Source of the DNA: a virus | Virus record (IMG/VR): IMGVR_UViG_3300044796_000056 | Span: 12,221-76,220 of that record | Direction: 5' to 3' (one strand) | Length of the DNA stretch: 64,000 nucleotides | Shown here: positions 53,404-64,000 of the stretch, one piece after another | Position numbering within the stretch: position 1 is the stretch's first letter | How the letters are laid out: every line of letters begins with the position of its first letter | Notes under the pieces: generated by a model | The model's database searches: none | The model's input: the letters and a program-made list of their open reading frames with translations, nothing else | Told to the model about the DNA's origin: nothing | Program-made: the position numbers and the translations under genes

Positions 53404-56213
53404 TGGCAAGTTTGACATCTCCAATTGAAGTCCAAGCAGGACAGCTGACGATTGACCACAGCATCGTTCCTGCAATTCGTAATATCAAGGTAGAGTTCAG
53501 CGCGCATGACTTGAAGCCATACGTTGCGGCGAACTGTTTCTTTGATGACACATATGTCAACCCATTCATCCAGGCCGCATCTGTTATCACACCTAACATC
53601 GGTTCTTTCGCCAATGTGTTCACTTCTGGTGATGGTCTGTATAACAACGCTACCCATGCGTATGTCGAAGTCATCGACACATCACAAGCAAACAACATCC
53701 TGTACGTCAACGAAAATTTCATCAGTTTGAACCTGGTTCCATACGGCCCGGTAAACTCTAACACGTTTGCTTCCAACGACTACAAGGCAGGCGATATCGT
53801 CTATCAGTCTGGAGCAAAGGCCAACTCTGAGTCTAATACGGCTCTGGGAACGGTCGTGTTCTGGAACTACAAGGATGGCGCTCTAGTCATCGAGTTGAAC
53901 AATGGTATCGTCAATGCCAATACTAACACTGCTGCTCAAATCCTATACAAGCTAGGATATCCTGTAACAGCAAACGGTGGTATCGCCAATGTTACTGGTA
54001 TCGTGCACGGGAACAAGTTTCCATTGACTTCACAGGTCACCAACACTGGCAACGTCAACCAGAACTTCTTGGTATCTAGCTACGTCTCCAACCATGGTAT
54101 CGTAACTGTCTCTCAGAACGGCGCGGCTGCTCTGATCAATGTCAATGGCCAGGTGGCCAACAGCGCAGTCAATAGCACCATCTCTATCGTCTCTGGTGAC
54201 GGTATCGGCCAATCTGCTAAGATCATCAGCGTCAACGGCAACATGCTGACCTTGAACACTGCCCTAGCATTCCCTCTATACACCGCAACTGGTAAGCAAC
54301 TAGCAGCCGGTTACGCAATAGGCTCTCCTGTTGTAGATGACATCGGTCGTGTGGCCGGTATCTTCAACATACCTGAAGATCAGAACCTGTATTTCAATAC
54401 AGGCAACCGTCTATTCACCATCAATGATGGTGTCTCTTATGATGATCCCGATGCGTCCATGCGCGCGACGGCTATCTTCGCTGCTGCTGGTTCTATTGCA
54501 CCTCCTTCTACTACCGCACAGACTCCTGTCGTCTCTGGTCAACAGACTCTAGCGGCTCAGGCTAATGGTGTCACAGCCGTCCAGTCTAGCGTCACCCAAG
54601 GAAGTGTCTCCAACGGTACGAGCAACGATCCACAGGCCTCTCCAGATCCTTTGGCACAGACGTTCACTGTCCCAACACCAAATACGGCCAAGCAGAGCTA
54701 TGGAATCTATTGCACGAGCATCGATCTGTTCTTCCAACAGGCTCCTACTGGTAACGCAACACAGTTCCCTGTAACCGTTCGTTTGGTTTCAACGGACAAC
54801 GGTCTGCCGACCTCTACGGTTCTAGCATCTGCTACTGTCGAATGCGCTGATGTAAGAGTAACACCAGGTTACAACGCCGAGTCTAACACAGGCGTTTACC
54901 CAGACAGCACCAACACGGCTACCATCACCAAGTTCAGCTTTGGTGACCCAGTCTACTTGGCTCCAGCAACCGAATACGCAATCGTTGTCTACTCTGAGTC
55001 TCCTGACTATGAAGTATGGATCGCCAACACTGGCGCACCTGCAGTCAACAGCGGCTCTCTAGTCTCTCAGGGTAACTATGTCGGCAACTTCTTCGAAGCA
55101 CAAAACTCTTCTGCTTGGAATCCAATTCCAGGCGCAATGTTGATGTTCGTATTGAACAAAGCTCAGTTCAGCTTGACTCCAGTCAGCCTACAGTTCGCAG
55201 CCGAGTCTCCAACGCAGAACACCTACATGGACTTGGCTGTGCTGCATAGCTCTGACTTGACGTTCCCTGTGGCTAACATCGATTACTCTATCCTGACCAC
55301 GATCGCCAACACTGGTCAGCCAGATACCGGCTACCTAGAGATTGAACCAAACCAGGTCTACAACTTCGGTGCCGATCTACAACAGAGCTCTTTGGCTTCT
55401 AATCGTCGCCGTGTCGTCAATGCTGGTAACGGTAGCTCTACGATCGTCCAGGCAACTCTTTACACCAATGATCCAGACGTCTCTCCAATCTTCAATGCCG
55501 AACGTTTGAGCTTGCTAGCCGTCACCAATCTGATTAACGACGGCTCTCTTGCAGCATCTGATATCTCTATCACTTCTGGTGGCAACCACATCAACGCGGC
55601 TAACATCGTCGTAACGATCGGTGCGCCTACCGGTGACAATCCTCTTCAGGCAACGGCAAACGTCACGAGCCTGAACGCGAATGCCGTTGTTGGCATCAAT
55701 ATCATCAATCCAGGCAGCGGTTACATCACCTCACCATCTATCACCATCTCCGAAGCTGGTGCACCAGCAAATGCTACAGCAGTAGTTAATGGTGAAAATG
55801 GTGTCTCTGGTGGTAATGGTGATACACGCTACATAACTAAGACGATCACTCTGGCTAATGGTTTCGCGGCTGGTGATCTACAAGTCTTCGTTGACTGTAT
55901 CCGTCCACAGGGTACAGACATTGAGGTCTACTACAAGGTCAATGGTGTCTCTGATACGCAACCAATCGATGGCAAGTCTTGGCAGATAATGACTCTGGCG
56001 CAGAACCTATTCAGTACTGACCAGACGAACCAAATTACATTGAACTTCAACACTGGCGGAAGCGGTGTACTATCTTATGTACAGAACGGAATCACCTACC
56101 CATTGGGTGGTCAGTTCCAACAATTCGCAATCAAGATTGTCTTGCTTGCTAACGACCCAACAGTCCCACCATTAGTTCAAGCACTACGTGGTGTCGCAAT
56201 TCCAGCAGGTTAA
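53403..56213 (+). CDS. Large virion protein, VrlC-like C-part
   Basis: DPLAQTF, IDLFF, F.F..PVYL, RYITK, FAIKIV. Confidence 0.8.
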   Translation: MASLTSPIEVQAGQLTIDHSIVPAIRNIKVEFSAHDLKPYVAANCFFDDTYVNPFIQAASVITPNIGSFANVFTSGDGLYNNATHAYVEVIDTSQANNILYVNENFISLNLVPYGPVNSNTFASNDYKAGDIVYQSGAKANSESNTALGTVVFWNYKDGALVIELNNGIVNANTNTAAQILYKLGYPVTANGGIANVTGIVHGNKFPLTSQVTNTGNVNQNFLVSSYVSNHGIVTVSQNGAAALINVNGQVANSAVNSTISIVSGDGIGQSAKIISVNGNMLTLNTALAFPLYTATGKQLAAGYAIGSPVVDDIGRVAGIFNIPEDQNLYFNTGNRLFTINDGVSYDDPDASMRATAIFAAAGSIAPPSTTAQTPVVSGQQTLAAQANGVTAVQSSVTQGSVSNGTSNDPQASPDPLAQTFTVPTPNTAKQSYGIYCTSIDLFFQQAPTGNATQFPVTVRLVSTDNGLPTSTVLASATVECADVRVTPGYNAESNTGVYPDSTNTATITKFSFGDPVYLAPATEYAIVVYSESPDYEVWIANTGAPAVNSGSLVSQGNYVGNFFEAQNSSAWNPIPGAMLMFVLNKAQFSLTPVSLQFAAESPTQNTYMDLAVLHSSDLTFPVANIDYSILTTIANTGQPDTGYLEIEPNQVYNFGADLQQSSLASNRRRVVNAGNGSSTIVQATLYTNDPDVSPIFNAERLSLLAVTNLINDGSLAASDISITSGGNHINAANIVVTIGAPTGDNPLQATANVTSLNANAVVGINIINPGSGYITSPSITISEAGAPANATAVVNGENGVSGGNGDTRYITKTITLANGFAAGDLQVFVDCIRPQGTDIEVYYKVNGVSDTQPIDGKSWQIMTLAQNLFSTDQTNQITLNFNTGGSGVLSYVQNGITYPLGGQFQQFAIKIVLLANDPTVPPLVQALRGVAIPAG

Positions 56214-56217
56214 ACAT

Positions 56218-56448
56218 ATGTCCCAATTCGCCAAAATCATCGATCATCCAACCCTATTCAGGGATCGTAGCAATCAGGCTATCCTTCAAACGGATCCTCT
56301 AGTGCTGCGTAAACACGAGAACCGAATGAAAGTTTTGGAAAAGGAACAGGCCCGGGACGCTGAGCTCAGCTTCCTAAGAACACAGATTCTTGAGATCAAA
56401 GCTCTAGTTTCACAGCTATCAGCGAACCAGATACAAAAAGCGTGCTAA
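56218..56448 (+). CDS. Small coiled-coil protein
   Basis: L.RD....AIL motif; follows VrlC-like genes. Confidence 0.65.
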   Translation: MSQFAKIIDHPTLFRDRSNQAILQTDPLVLRKHENRMKVLEKEQARDAELSFLRTQILEIKALVSQLSANQIQKAC

Positions 56449-56477
56449 ATAGCTGATACAGATTAGGATTATAACAA

Positions 56478-59400
56478 GTGGCAAATGCAAATCTAACTTT
56501 GTTGGTCGGCGCGAACACATTTTGGGATCAGACCAACGCGATCAACAACATCATCAACTCTATAAACGAGTTGAGGAATGGTAACCCATACTACAAGGAC
56601 AACGGTAATTTCGTCGTAGCAAACGGCGCAATCCAAGTTCTTGAGACTGGTGGGACGGGTTTGACTGTCGCTTCTGCCGCCTCTATCGGTGGTCAGCTAA
56701 CTTCTAACACCCTGGTGAACTCTGGTGATGCTTCTATCGCCGGTCCAGCAGTCAATTTGACAAATCCTAACGTCGTGATGGAAGTAGCCAACACTATCAT
56801 CGCGAACAATATCTTCGCAAACAATCTATCTGTCTCAGGCAACTTCGCTATTTCCGGTCAACAGACCGTTGATGCTCAGTCTTTGATCCTGAACGCGAAT
56901 GCTTCTACTGCTGTCCTTGACGCATGGCTCGAAGTATTCCGTGGACCAAACAACACTCCTGCCTTCATGGAGTGGAACGAACAAGCAAACAACTGGCAGA
57001 CAAACAACGTCCAGAGCAATATATTCCATACCTTGCTGACGACCGCTAATCTTGCGGCTCTTCCAGCAACCCTGGCCGACTTCAATTACGGATTGACTTC
57101 TGTTGGTGTCATAAACTCACCAAACCAAGTAGTCTGTAACCTAGCCAACACGAACGTCTTTGATATCACCCTAGCAAACACGCTGACGGGTGTGGTCAAT
57201 ATCGACTTCGTAAACGCGGCTCCTACTGGAGTTGCGCAACCTGTTACTTTGATCCTACGTCAGTCAGGTCTTCCAAATACTGTTACATTCAGTAACACTG
57301 TTGTTTGGTCTGGCAACGTGGCTCCAACACTATCTACCGGTGGTGCTGGTACACTTGATATCCTAACCTTTGTGACGGTCGATGGTGGTGTTCACTATCT
57401 AGGCGGCGGAGACGGATCCGGTAGTGGTAGCGGGGGAAGTGCAGGTGCTAATGCGGCCAACACGGTTGCGGTTAGCGTCAATTATGGTGTCTCTGAATAT
57501 TTCCAAAGAGTATTGAACTTTGCGAATAGCTCTAGCGTTGGTGTATCTGTTACACCAAATCTGGGCAACGTCGATATCGTATTCACAACGGCAGCCAACC
57601 TAGCAGGCAATACTCAGCTAGCGACGGCCAGCCAAGCAAACTTCGTTCTGGCAGCAAATGTGGCCGGTAACGATTCCAACTTGGTTATCTGTACAATCAA
57701 CGGATTGCTACAGAGCCCAAGCTTCTATACAATCGCAGGAAACGTTCTGACACTACAGACGCCTGCGCAGATCAACGACATCGTTTCTACTCGCGTCGTC
57801 ACATCACTCCCCGCTTCACCATATCCTGGATCTGGAAGCAACGGCACAGTATTCTCTGTCAATACCGGCATCGGTCTTTCTGTTGTCGGTGGCGGCAACC
57901 AGATCACCGGTCAGGGTACGATCGCGGCTAATATCGCATCTACCATCAAGCAAGGTGTTACATTACTGGTAGATAGCATTACATCTACAGATATCGGTAA
58001 TGCCGCAACCGCTAACTCTGTTGGTTGGGTAAGAACTATATCTATCCCACCTGCAGCAAATACTGTGATGGTATACAACAACGGTATACTGGCCCTAGCA
58101 AACACGCGATTGAATTTCGCCAACAGCGGTACAATCAACGTTGCTACGAGCGCAAATGCTACTCTAAATGCGTTGACTATATTCTTAACCGTCAACAACT
58201 CTGCCGTATCAGGTAACGCTGGTGGCAACGGTAACGGAGCAATCGTCGCTCTATCCGCAGGTCTTGGTTTGAATGGTGGTCCGTTCGATGCGGGCAACCC
58301 AACTGGTACAATCTCTGCTAACGTAGCATCTGAATCTGTCCAGGGTGTGACCCTATTGATTGACACTCTAGGAACAGGTGATACCGGTAATGCAGCGACA
58401 GCCAACGTCGCAGACTGGGTCTACTTGGTCGCTAACACAGCTTCTAACCTAGCCAACCATGCTGTAGTTACAATCCAGGCATCCAATACTTCTAACCTAA
58501 CAATCACTCGCACCGGTGCAACGGTTAATGTCGATACCGTTCAACCATTTGGTTCTGGCCCAACAGGTCCTACCGGTCCAACCGGTCCATCAGGAGCAGC
58601 TGGCGCAACCGGAGCTACCGGACCTTCTGGTCCAACAGGTCCTACCGGAGCCACTGGTCCATCTGGTCCAACAGGTTTGACCGGTCCTACGGGTCCAGCA
58701 GGAGCCACAGGTCCAACAGGTGCATCCGGACTAGCCGGTCCTACGGGCGCAACGGGTCCTTCTGGTCCTTCTGGCGGCGCAGGCGCAACGGGTCCTTCTG
58801 GTCCAACCGGCCCAACAGGTCCTACGGGTCCTTCTGGAGCCACTGGTCCACAGGGCAACCTGGCTGGTCTACCATACGACTTCATTAGCAACACATCAAA
58901 CGCATGGCAGGGTGCAGGCTTTTTCGCCTACAACAACTCTGCCAACATCGCGAACGTTACGGCTATCTACATTGCTAACAGTGATATCAATGAGTCTGCT
59001 GTCAATACATTCATCACGACATGGGGTGCTTCTACAACCTCTGCTGATCGTGGACAATTGACCATCGTTGATGAAGTCAACGGCAATGCTAATCTGAACA
59101 TTTGGAACATCAACGGTCCTATCGGTACGGCAAACAATTACTGTATTGTTCCTGTTGCCTATGTTGCTGGTGCTTTCCCTGCTAACACCGAATTTATGGG
59201 TATCCAATTCTCTAGAACAGGAGACTTGGGTGCAACTGGCCCTACAGGTGCGACCGGTCCTACTGGTCTGACTGGTGCTACAGGGCCAACTGGCCCAACC
59301 GGAGCTACCGGTCCAACTGGCGCGACCGGACCATCTGGTGGTGCTGGGCCAACAGGTCCTACCGGTCCAACCGGTCCATCAGGAGCAGCTGGCGCAACCG

Positions 59401-60146
59401 GAGCTACCGGACCTTCTGGTCCAACAGGTCCTACCGGAGCCACTGGTCCAACAGGTTTGACCGGTCCAACCGGTCCATCAGGAGCAGCTGGCGCAACCGG
59501 AGCTACCGGACCTTCTGGTCCAACAGGTCCTACCGGAGCCACTGGTCCATCTGGTCCAACAGGTTTGACCGGTCCTACTGGTCTGACTGGTGCTACAGGG
59601 CCAACTGGCCCAACCGGAGCTACCGGTCCAACTGGCGCGACCGGACCATCTGGTGGTGCTGGGCCAACAGGTCCTACCGGTCCAACCGGTCCTACAGGTC
59701 CAGCGACAGCTATCGATGCTGTAACGTCAACCAGCGGCACTGTGTATGCTGTTTTGACTCCAACCATTGGTTCTTCTGTTGCGCCTCAAGCAAACAGTGG
59801 TCTATATTACCTATCTAATGGTCAATTCGTTGCTACAGACTTTGCTGCTACATCTGATGCTACTTTGAAGAATGTTGAGACGGTCATCGAGGACGGTTTG
59901 GTTAAGATCAACACCCTTGATGCTGTATTGTTCTACTGGAATGATGAAGCTAAGAGTCTAGGTCTGACCAGTGAAGAATTACAGGTTGGTATCCTTGCTC
60001 AACAGGTTCAGAACGTTCTACCACAAGCGGTATGGACCAATCCAGACAACGGCAAGCTGATCGTTTCTTACGACAAGCTTGTCCCATTGCTGATCCAGGC
60101 TATCAAGGAATTGACTGCTAAGGTTGCTGTTCTAGAGGCCAAGTAA
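56478..60146 (+). CDS. Tail fibre with collagen-like repeats and C-terminal S74-type chaperone
   Basis: Two Gly-X-Y tracts (GPT/GAT/GPS); SDATLKN...G.LAQ.V..VLP.AV...[15 protein letters not shown]. Confidence 0.9.
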   Translation: MANANLTLLVGANTFWDQTNAINNIINSINELRNGNPYYKDNGNFVVANGAIQVLETGGTGLTVASAASIGGQLTSNTLVNSGDASIAGPAVNLTNPNVVMEVANTIIANNIFANNLSVSGNFAISGQQTVDAQSLILNANASTAVLDAWLEVFRGPNNTPAFMEWNEQANNWQTNNVQSNIFHTLLTTANLAALPATLADFNYGLTSVGVINSPNQVVCNLANTNVFDITLANTLTGVVNIDFVNAAPTGVAQPVTLILRQSGLPNTVTFSNTVVWSGNVAPTLSTGGAGTLDILTFVTVDGGVHYLGGGDGSGSGSGGSAGANAANTVAVSVNYGVSEYFQRVLNFANSSSVGVSVTPNLGNVDIVFTTAANLAGNTQLATASQANFVLAANVAGNDSNLVICTINGLLQSPSFYTIAGNVLTLQTPAQINDIVSTRVVTSLPASPYPGSGSNGTVFSVNTGIGLSVVGGGNQITGQGTIAANIASTIKQGVTLLVDSITSTDIGNAATANSVGWVRTISIPPAANTVMVYNNGILALANTRLNFANSGTINVATSANATLNALTIFLTVNNSAVSGNAGGNGNGAIVALSAGLGLNGGPFDAGNPTGTISANVASESVQGVTLLIDTLGTGDTGNAATANVADWVYLVANTASNLANHAVVTIQASNTSNLTITRTGATVNVDTVQPFGSGPTGPTGPTGPSGAAGATGATGPSGPTGPTGATGPSGPTGLTGPTGPAGATGPTGASGLAGPTGATGPSGPSGGAGATGPSGPTGPTGPTGPSGATGPQGNLAGLPYDFISNTSNAWQGAGFFAYNNSANIANVTAIYIANSDINESAVNTFITTWGASTTSADRGQLTIVDEVNGNANLNIWNINGPIGTANNYCIVPVAYVAGAFPANTEFMGIQFSRTGDLGATGPTGATGPTGLTGATGPTGPTGATGPTGATGPSGGAGPTGPTGPTGPSGAAGATGATGPSGPTGPTGATGPTGLTGPTGPSGAAGATGATGPSGPTGPTGATGPSGPTGLTGPTGLTGATGPTGPTGATGPTGATGPSGGAGPTGPTGPTGPTGPATAIDAVTSTSGTVYAVLTPTIGSSVAPQANSGLYYLSNGQFVATDFAATSDATLKNVETVIEDGLVKINTLDAVLFYWNDEAKSLGLTSEELQVGILAQQVQNVLPQAVWTNPDNGKLIVSYDKLVPLLIQAIKELTAKVAVLEAK
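58553..59700 (+). repeat. Collagen-coding repeat tracts with duplicated DNA blocks
   Basis: Block near 58560-58660 recurs near 59350 and 59465; block near 59257-59378 recurs near 59572. Confidence 0.85.
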
Positions 60147-60910
60147 TGGCTCTCCCTAATACTCCTCTATCAATGTTGGCTCTGATCGACAACTATGGCG
60201 GCCCTAGCAACTTGCGTGCGTATCTTTCAGGTGCAGGCTATGTTCCTGTTGGTGCAGCTAACGGCAGCGGTGCGCCGATACCTGCTAGCGGTGAATTAAG
60301 ATTGAGCGACTTCTGTGGTATGTTCACTCCTGAACAATTTGCATACACGACGGCTACAGCAAATGCAACCTTCACTATTCCTCAGGGTGCAAGCAACCTA
60401 ACCATCATCGTAACTGGTGCTGGTGGTGGCGGTGGAGGCGGCAACAGTGTAAGCTATCAACCAGGCGGTGGCGGTGGTGGTGCAGGATATACTTACGCTT
60501 ATGCTAACGTTGTTGGTAAGGGTGGCGAAACTCTTAAGTACACTGTTGGTGCAGCAGGAACAGCTGGAGCAGTCGATGGCACGGGTGGCACGGGTGGTAC
60601 AAGCGGTGTCTTCTCAGGCAACTTGACTATAACACAGATCACAGCAACCGGTGGCACAGGAGGTGGACCAGGAACTTCTTCCAGCGGTGGTTCTAGCAGC
60701 TCTGGAGGTTCAGCTGCTGGTGGCCTGGATAACACTGCCGGAAACAGCGGTGAAGAAGGAAACAGTCCTATATCCGGTGAAGGTGGTCTAGGGGGAAGTT
60801 CCGGTGTATTTTTCATTGGTGGCTCTAACGGCAACGGAGGTCGTGGTGGCGACGGTGGTGCTGTAAGTCAGGCCGGCAGTGTAGGTTACATAGGATTCCT
60901 AGTAAGCTAA
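60146..60910 (+). CDS. Glycine-rich fibre tip/adhesin-like protein
   Basis: Poly-Gly loops; coupled to fibre gene. Confidence 0.7.
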   Translation: MALPNTPLSMLALIDNYGGPSNLRAYLSGAGYVPVGAANGSGAPIPASGELRLSDFCGMFTPEQFAYTTATANATFTIPQGASNLTIIVTGAGGGGGGGNSVSYQPGGGGGGAGYTYAYANVVGKGGETLKYTVGAAGTAGAVDGTGGTGGTSGVFSGNLTITQITATGGTGGGPGTSSSGGSSSSGGSAAGGLDNTAGNSGEEGNSPISGEGGLGGSSGVFFIGGSNGNGGRGGDGGAVSQAGSVGYIGFLVS

Positions 60911-60938
60911 ATAAACCATATATGATACTGGAGTTGTT

Positions 60939-61508
60939 ATGAAAGGTGAGTGGTGCTTCTGGGGATCCGCTATCTCCAAAACTCAATGCCAAAATGTCAT
61001 TGATATTATCAAATCCCGTCCTGCCAAAGACGCAACCCTCGGTGTAGAGGGAGAGCGCAAAGATAGCCAATACCGTCGATCAAAGATACGCTGGGTTCTA
61101 CCCGGTGATAACCAATTAGATTGGTTGTTTGCTGACCTTTGGAAGATGGCTCTTAAGAGCAATGATGAATGGTTCGGCTTTCATCTATCCAAGATGGACT
61201 ATCTTCAGGTTGCTGAATATGATGCGGTCTTCAAAGGTGAATACAAGATTCATCATGATGTGTTCTATATGAATGGTTCCAACTATCATCGCAAGCTCTC
61301 TGCTATCATTCAGCTGAGTGATCCTAACGATTACGAGGGTGGAGACTTCGAGCTCTATGAAACCCAAGAGCAACCTGACAAGCAAGCTATCAAGGCTCAG
61401 GGCTCTGTTATTTTCTTTCCTTCCTTTATTCGCCATGCTGCTCTCCCTGTAACGAAGGGACTACGCTACTCTGTTGCGGCCTGGATAGATGGCCCACGCT
61501 GGAGATAA
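60939..61508 (+). CDS. 2OG-Fe(II) oxygenase (prolyl-hydroxylase-like)
   Basis: HHD, RKLS...QL, YEGG, FPSF..H...PVT.G.RYS. Confidence 0.93.
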   Translation: MKGEWCFWGSAISKTQCQNVIDIIKSRPAKDATLGVEGERKDSQYRRSKIRWVLPGDNQLDWLFADLWKMALKSNDEWFGFHLSKMDYLQVAEYDAVFKGEYKIHHDVFYMNGSNYHRKLSAIIQLSDPNDYEGGDFELYETQEQPDKQAIKAQGSVIFFPSFIRHAALPVTKGLRYSVAAWIDGPRWR

Positions 61509-61509
61509 T

Positions 61510-61713
61510 ATGTCACAAGTATACTGGTTGATAGAATTGAGGACAAAACCTGTCCATACCGTTTGTTATTACACCACACCAAGAACCTGGGGAAGCGCCG
61601 TTGACTTGGCTACCAAGTTCCATACAAAGGCTGCTGCTGATGCTGAGATAGAATTCCTCAAGATACCTGACTCACCGCATGAAATGGTTGCGGTCGATCA
61701 CGTGTGGTGTTAA
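61510..61713 (+). CDS. Hypothetical protein
   Basis: GGAG SD; fills gap. Confidence 0.55.
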   Translation: MSQVYWLIELRTKPVHTVCYYTTPRTWGSAVDLATKFHTKAAADAEIEFLKIPDSPHEMVAVDHVWC

Positions 61714-61714
61714 T

Positions 61715-62800
61715 ATGCGCTACCATGTATTAGGTCTTCCTCATACCATAACTTCTCCTGAATATAGCGCATGTGCTTTTACTTCTAAAGTGTATAAATT
61801 TTGCCAGATGATGCTCCCACGTGGTCACGAAGTTTTCCATTACGGTCACGTTGACAGCACCGTTCCTTGTACGACTAATTTTGCCGTAACCAACAACGAT
61901 ATTCTCAAGATGACTTATGGTGACTATGACTACAAGAAAAGCTTCTTCCAGTACAGTATTGACGACCTTGCCCATAACAAGTTCTTTGATCATGCGGAGA
62001 TTGCTTTAAATGCGTCTTATCAAAAAGGAGACATAATTCTACCTTTTTGGGGTTTAGGTCACAAGAAGCTTATTGATCGGCTACCCAAGGATTGGATTGT
62101 AGTCGAGCCGGGTATTGGTTATCCTTCTGGACCCTTTTGTCGTTGGAAGGTGTTTGAGTCCTATGCGATCCTTCATGCTTATATGGGATTAGCAGCGGTG
62201 GCTCACGCCAATCCAGATTGGTATAACGCTGTCATTCCTAACTATTTTCGCAAGGAAGATTTTACATACTCCGAACAGAAAGAAGATTATTTCCTATATC
62301 TTGGCCGTGTATATGATGGCAAGGGTGTTCAGATCGCCATTGATGTTACTAAGCAACTTGGTAAGAAACTGATCATAGCCGGTCAAACTGATGGCTCTGT
62401 AACTTTCCCTGAGCATGTAGAGTATGTTGGATATGCTGATCCAATCTTAAGAGCTAAATTGATGTCGAAGGCTAAGGGTAGCTTTCTACCAACTCTTTAC
62501 CTTGAACCATTCGGTGGTGTAGCTGTAGAAAATCTGTTCTCTGGTACTCCTATTATTACAACAGATTGGGGTGCATTCTCAGAGTATAACACGAACGGAG
62601 AGACCGGCTTTAGATGCCACACTCTGGCCGACTTCGTTGATGCAGCCAGAAGGGTAGACGCCGGAGAGATATCCTCTCAGAAGTGCCGAGAGGTCGCGGA
62701 GAGCCGGTTCACATACGATGTAGTCGCACCACAGTACGAGAAGTTCTTCCAGGATGTTAAGAACGTCTATGAGGGTGATGGTTGGGATACTCTTACATGA
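61715..62800 (+). CDS. Glycosyltransferase (GT-B, GT4-like)
   Basis: YLGR....KG, EPFGGV.VE...GTP.IT.D.G. Confidence 0.92.
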   Translation: MRYHVLGLPHTITSPEYSACAFTSKVYKFCQMMLPRGHEVFHYGHVDSTVPCTTNFAVTNNDILKMTYGDYDYKKSFFQYSIDDLAHNKFFDHAEIALNASYQKGDIILPFWGLGHKKLIDRLPKDWIVVEPGIGYPSGPFCRWKVFESYAILHAYMGLAAVAHANPDWYNAVIPNYFRKEDFTYSEQKEDYFLYLGRVYDGKGVQIAIDVTKQLGKKLIIAGQTDGSVTFPEHVEYVGYADPILRAKLMSKAKGSFLPTLYLEPFGGVAVENLFSGTPIITTDWGAFSEYNTNGETGFRCHTLADFVDAARRVDAGEISSQKCREVAESRFTYDVVAPQYEKFFQDVKNVYEGDGWDTLT

Positions 62801-63234
62801 ATTATATTCTCTACAAGACAACCAATTTGATAAATGGTAAGATTTACGTCGGTATTCATAAGTTGAAAAGTGGATCAGACTCGTATCTTGGAAGTGGTAA
62901 GGTTTTGTTAAGAGCCATCAAGAAATATGGTAGAGATAATTTCAAAAGAGAAACGTTGGCGGAGGTTCCTACTCTTAGAGAGGCTAGATTGCTTGAATTT
63001 AGGATTGTAGATAATACTTTCGTTGATCATCCACAGACTTACAATATGATAACTGGAGGAGGTTTACCTCCGTCTAGATTGGGTATATCACCTGTAAATA
63101 AAGGAAAGATTGGTCTACAATCTCATACTGAGGAAACAAAGAAAGCTATCCGTGCTAGTTCCTTGGGTCGCCGCCATACGCCAGAAGCTATAGAGAAAAT
63201 GAAAGAAGCTAGACGTCGTCGGGACACACTGTAA
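62797..63234 (+). CDS. GIY-YIG homing endonuclease (Seg-like)
   Basis: LYKTTNLINGKIYVG, YLGSG, KYG..NF.RE, HTEETK. Confidence 0.9.
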   Translation: MNYILYKTTNLINGKIYVGIHKLKSGSDSYLGSGKVLLRAIKKYGRDNFKRETLAEVPTLREARLLEFRIVDNTFVDHPQTYNMITGGGLPPSRLGISPVNKGKIGLQSHTEETKKAIRASSLGRRHTPEAIEKMKEARRRRDTL

Positions 63235-63272
63235 GAGTACCTAAATAGAGGACCAATCAACAGGTTCCTATA

Positions 63273-64000
<728 letters not shown>

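Noticed and set aside
53395-53410. Readthrough or frameshift joining the two VrlC-like ORFs
   Set aside because: Ordinary TAATG stop/start coupling, as elsewhere in the operon.

Overview
64 kb slice of a large T4-like (myovirus) phage genome, read in the standard code 11. 1-9.3 kb is a dense RNA-gene array: 32 sense tRNAs, many structured non-tRNA RNAs between them, three HNH endonucleases, a lipoprotein protease and a compact RNase P RNA (8362-8602). 9.3-31 kb holds early/middle genes behind repeated promoter cassettes, many apparently leaderless: PilZ protein, PNK-like kinase, DNA ligase, RNA ligase, ClpP, DexA, a SET protein, an amber-anticodon tRNA, a Pth2-like hydrolase next to a permuted two-piece tmRNA, SleB hydrolase, GuaC, gp33, gp59 and gp32. 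32.8-56 kb is the baseplate/tail module (gp51, gp26, gp54, gp2, gp4, gp48, gp53, gp27-like, gp5, gp25, gp6, gp7, gp8, VrlC-like). 56-64 kb has collagen-like fibres flanking a 2OG-Fe(II) oxygenase and a glycosyltransferase. Best candidates for novelty: (1) a phage RNA-processing and translation-rescue system (minimal RNase P RNA flanked by two paralogous ORFs, tRNA-punctuated small-RNA array, suppressor and noncanonical tRNAs, tmRNA+Pth2+ClpP); (2) a fibre collagen modification cassette. All folds and homologies were judged by eye; no database search was run.
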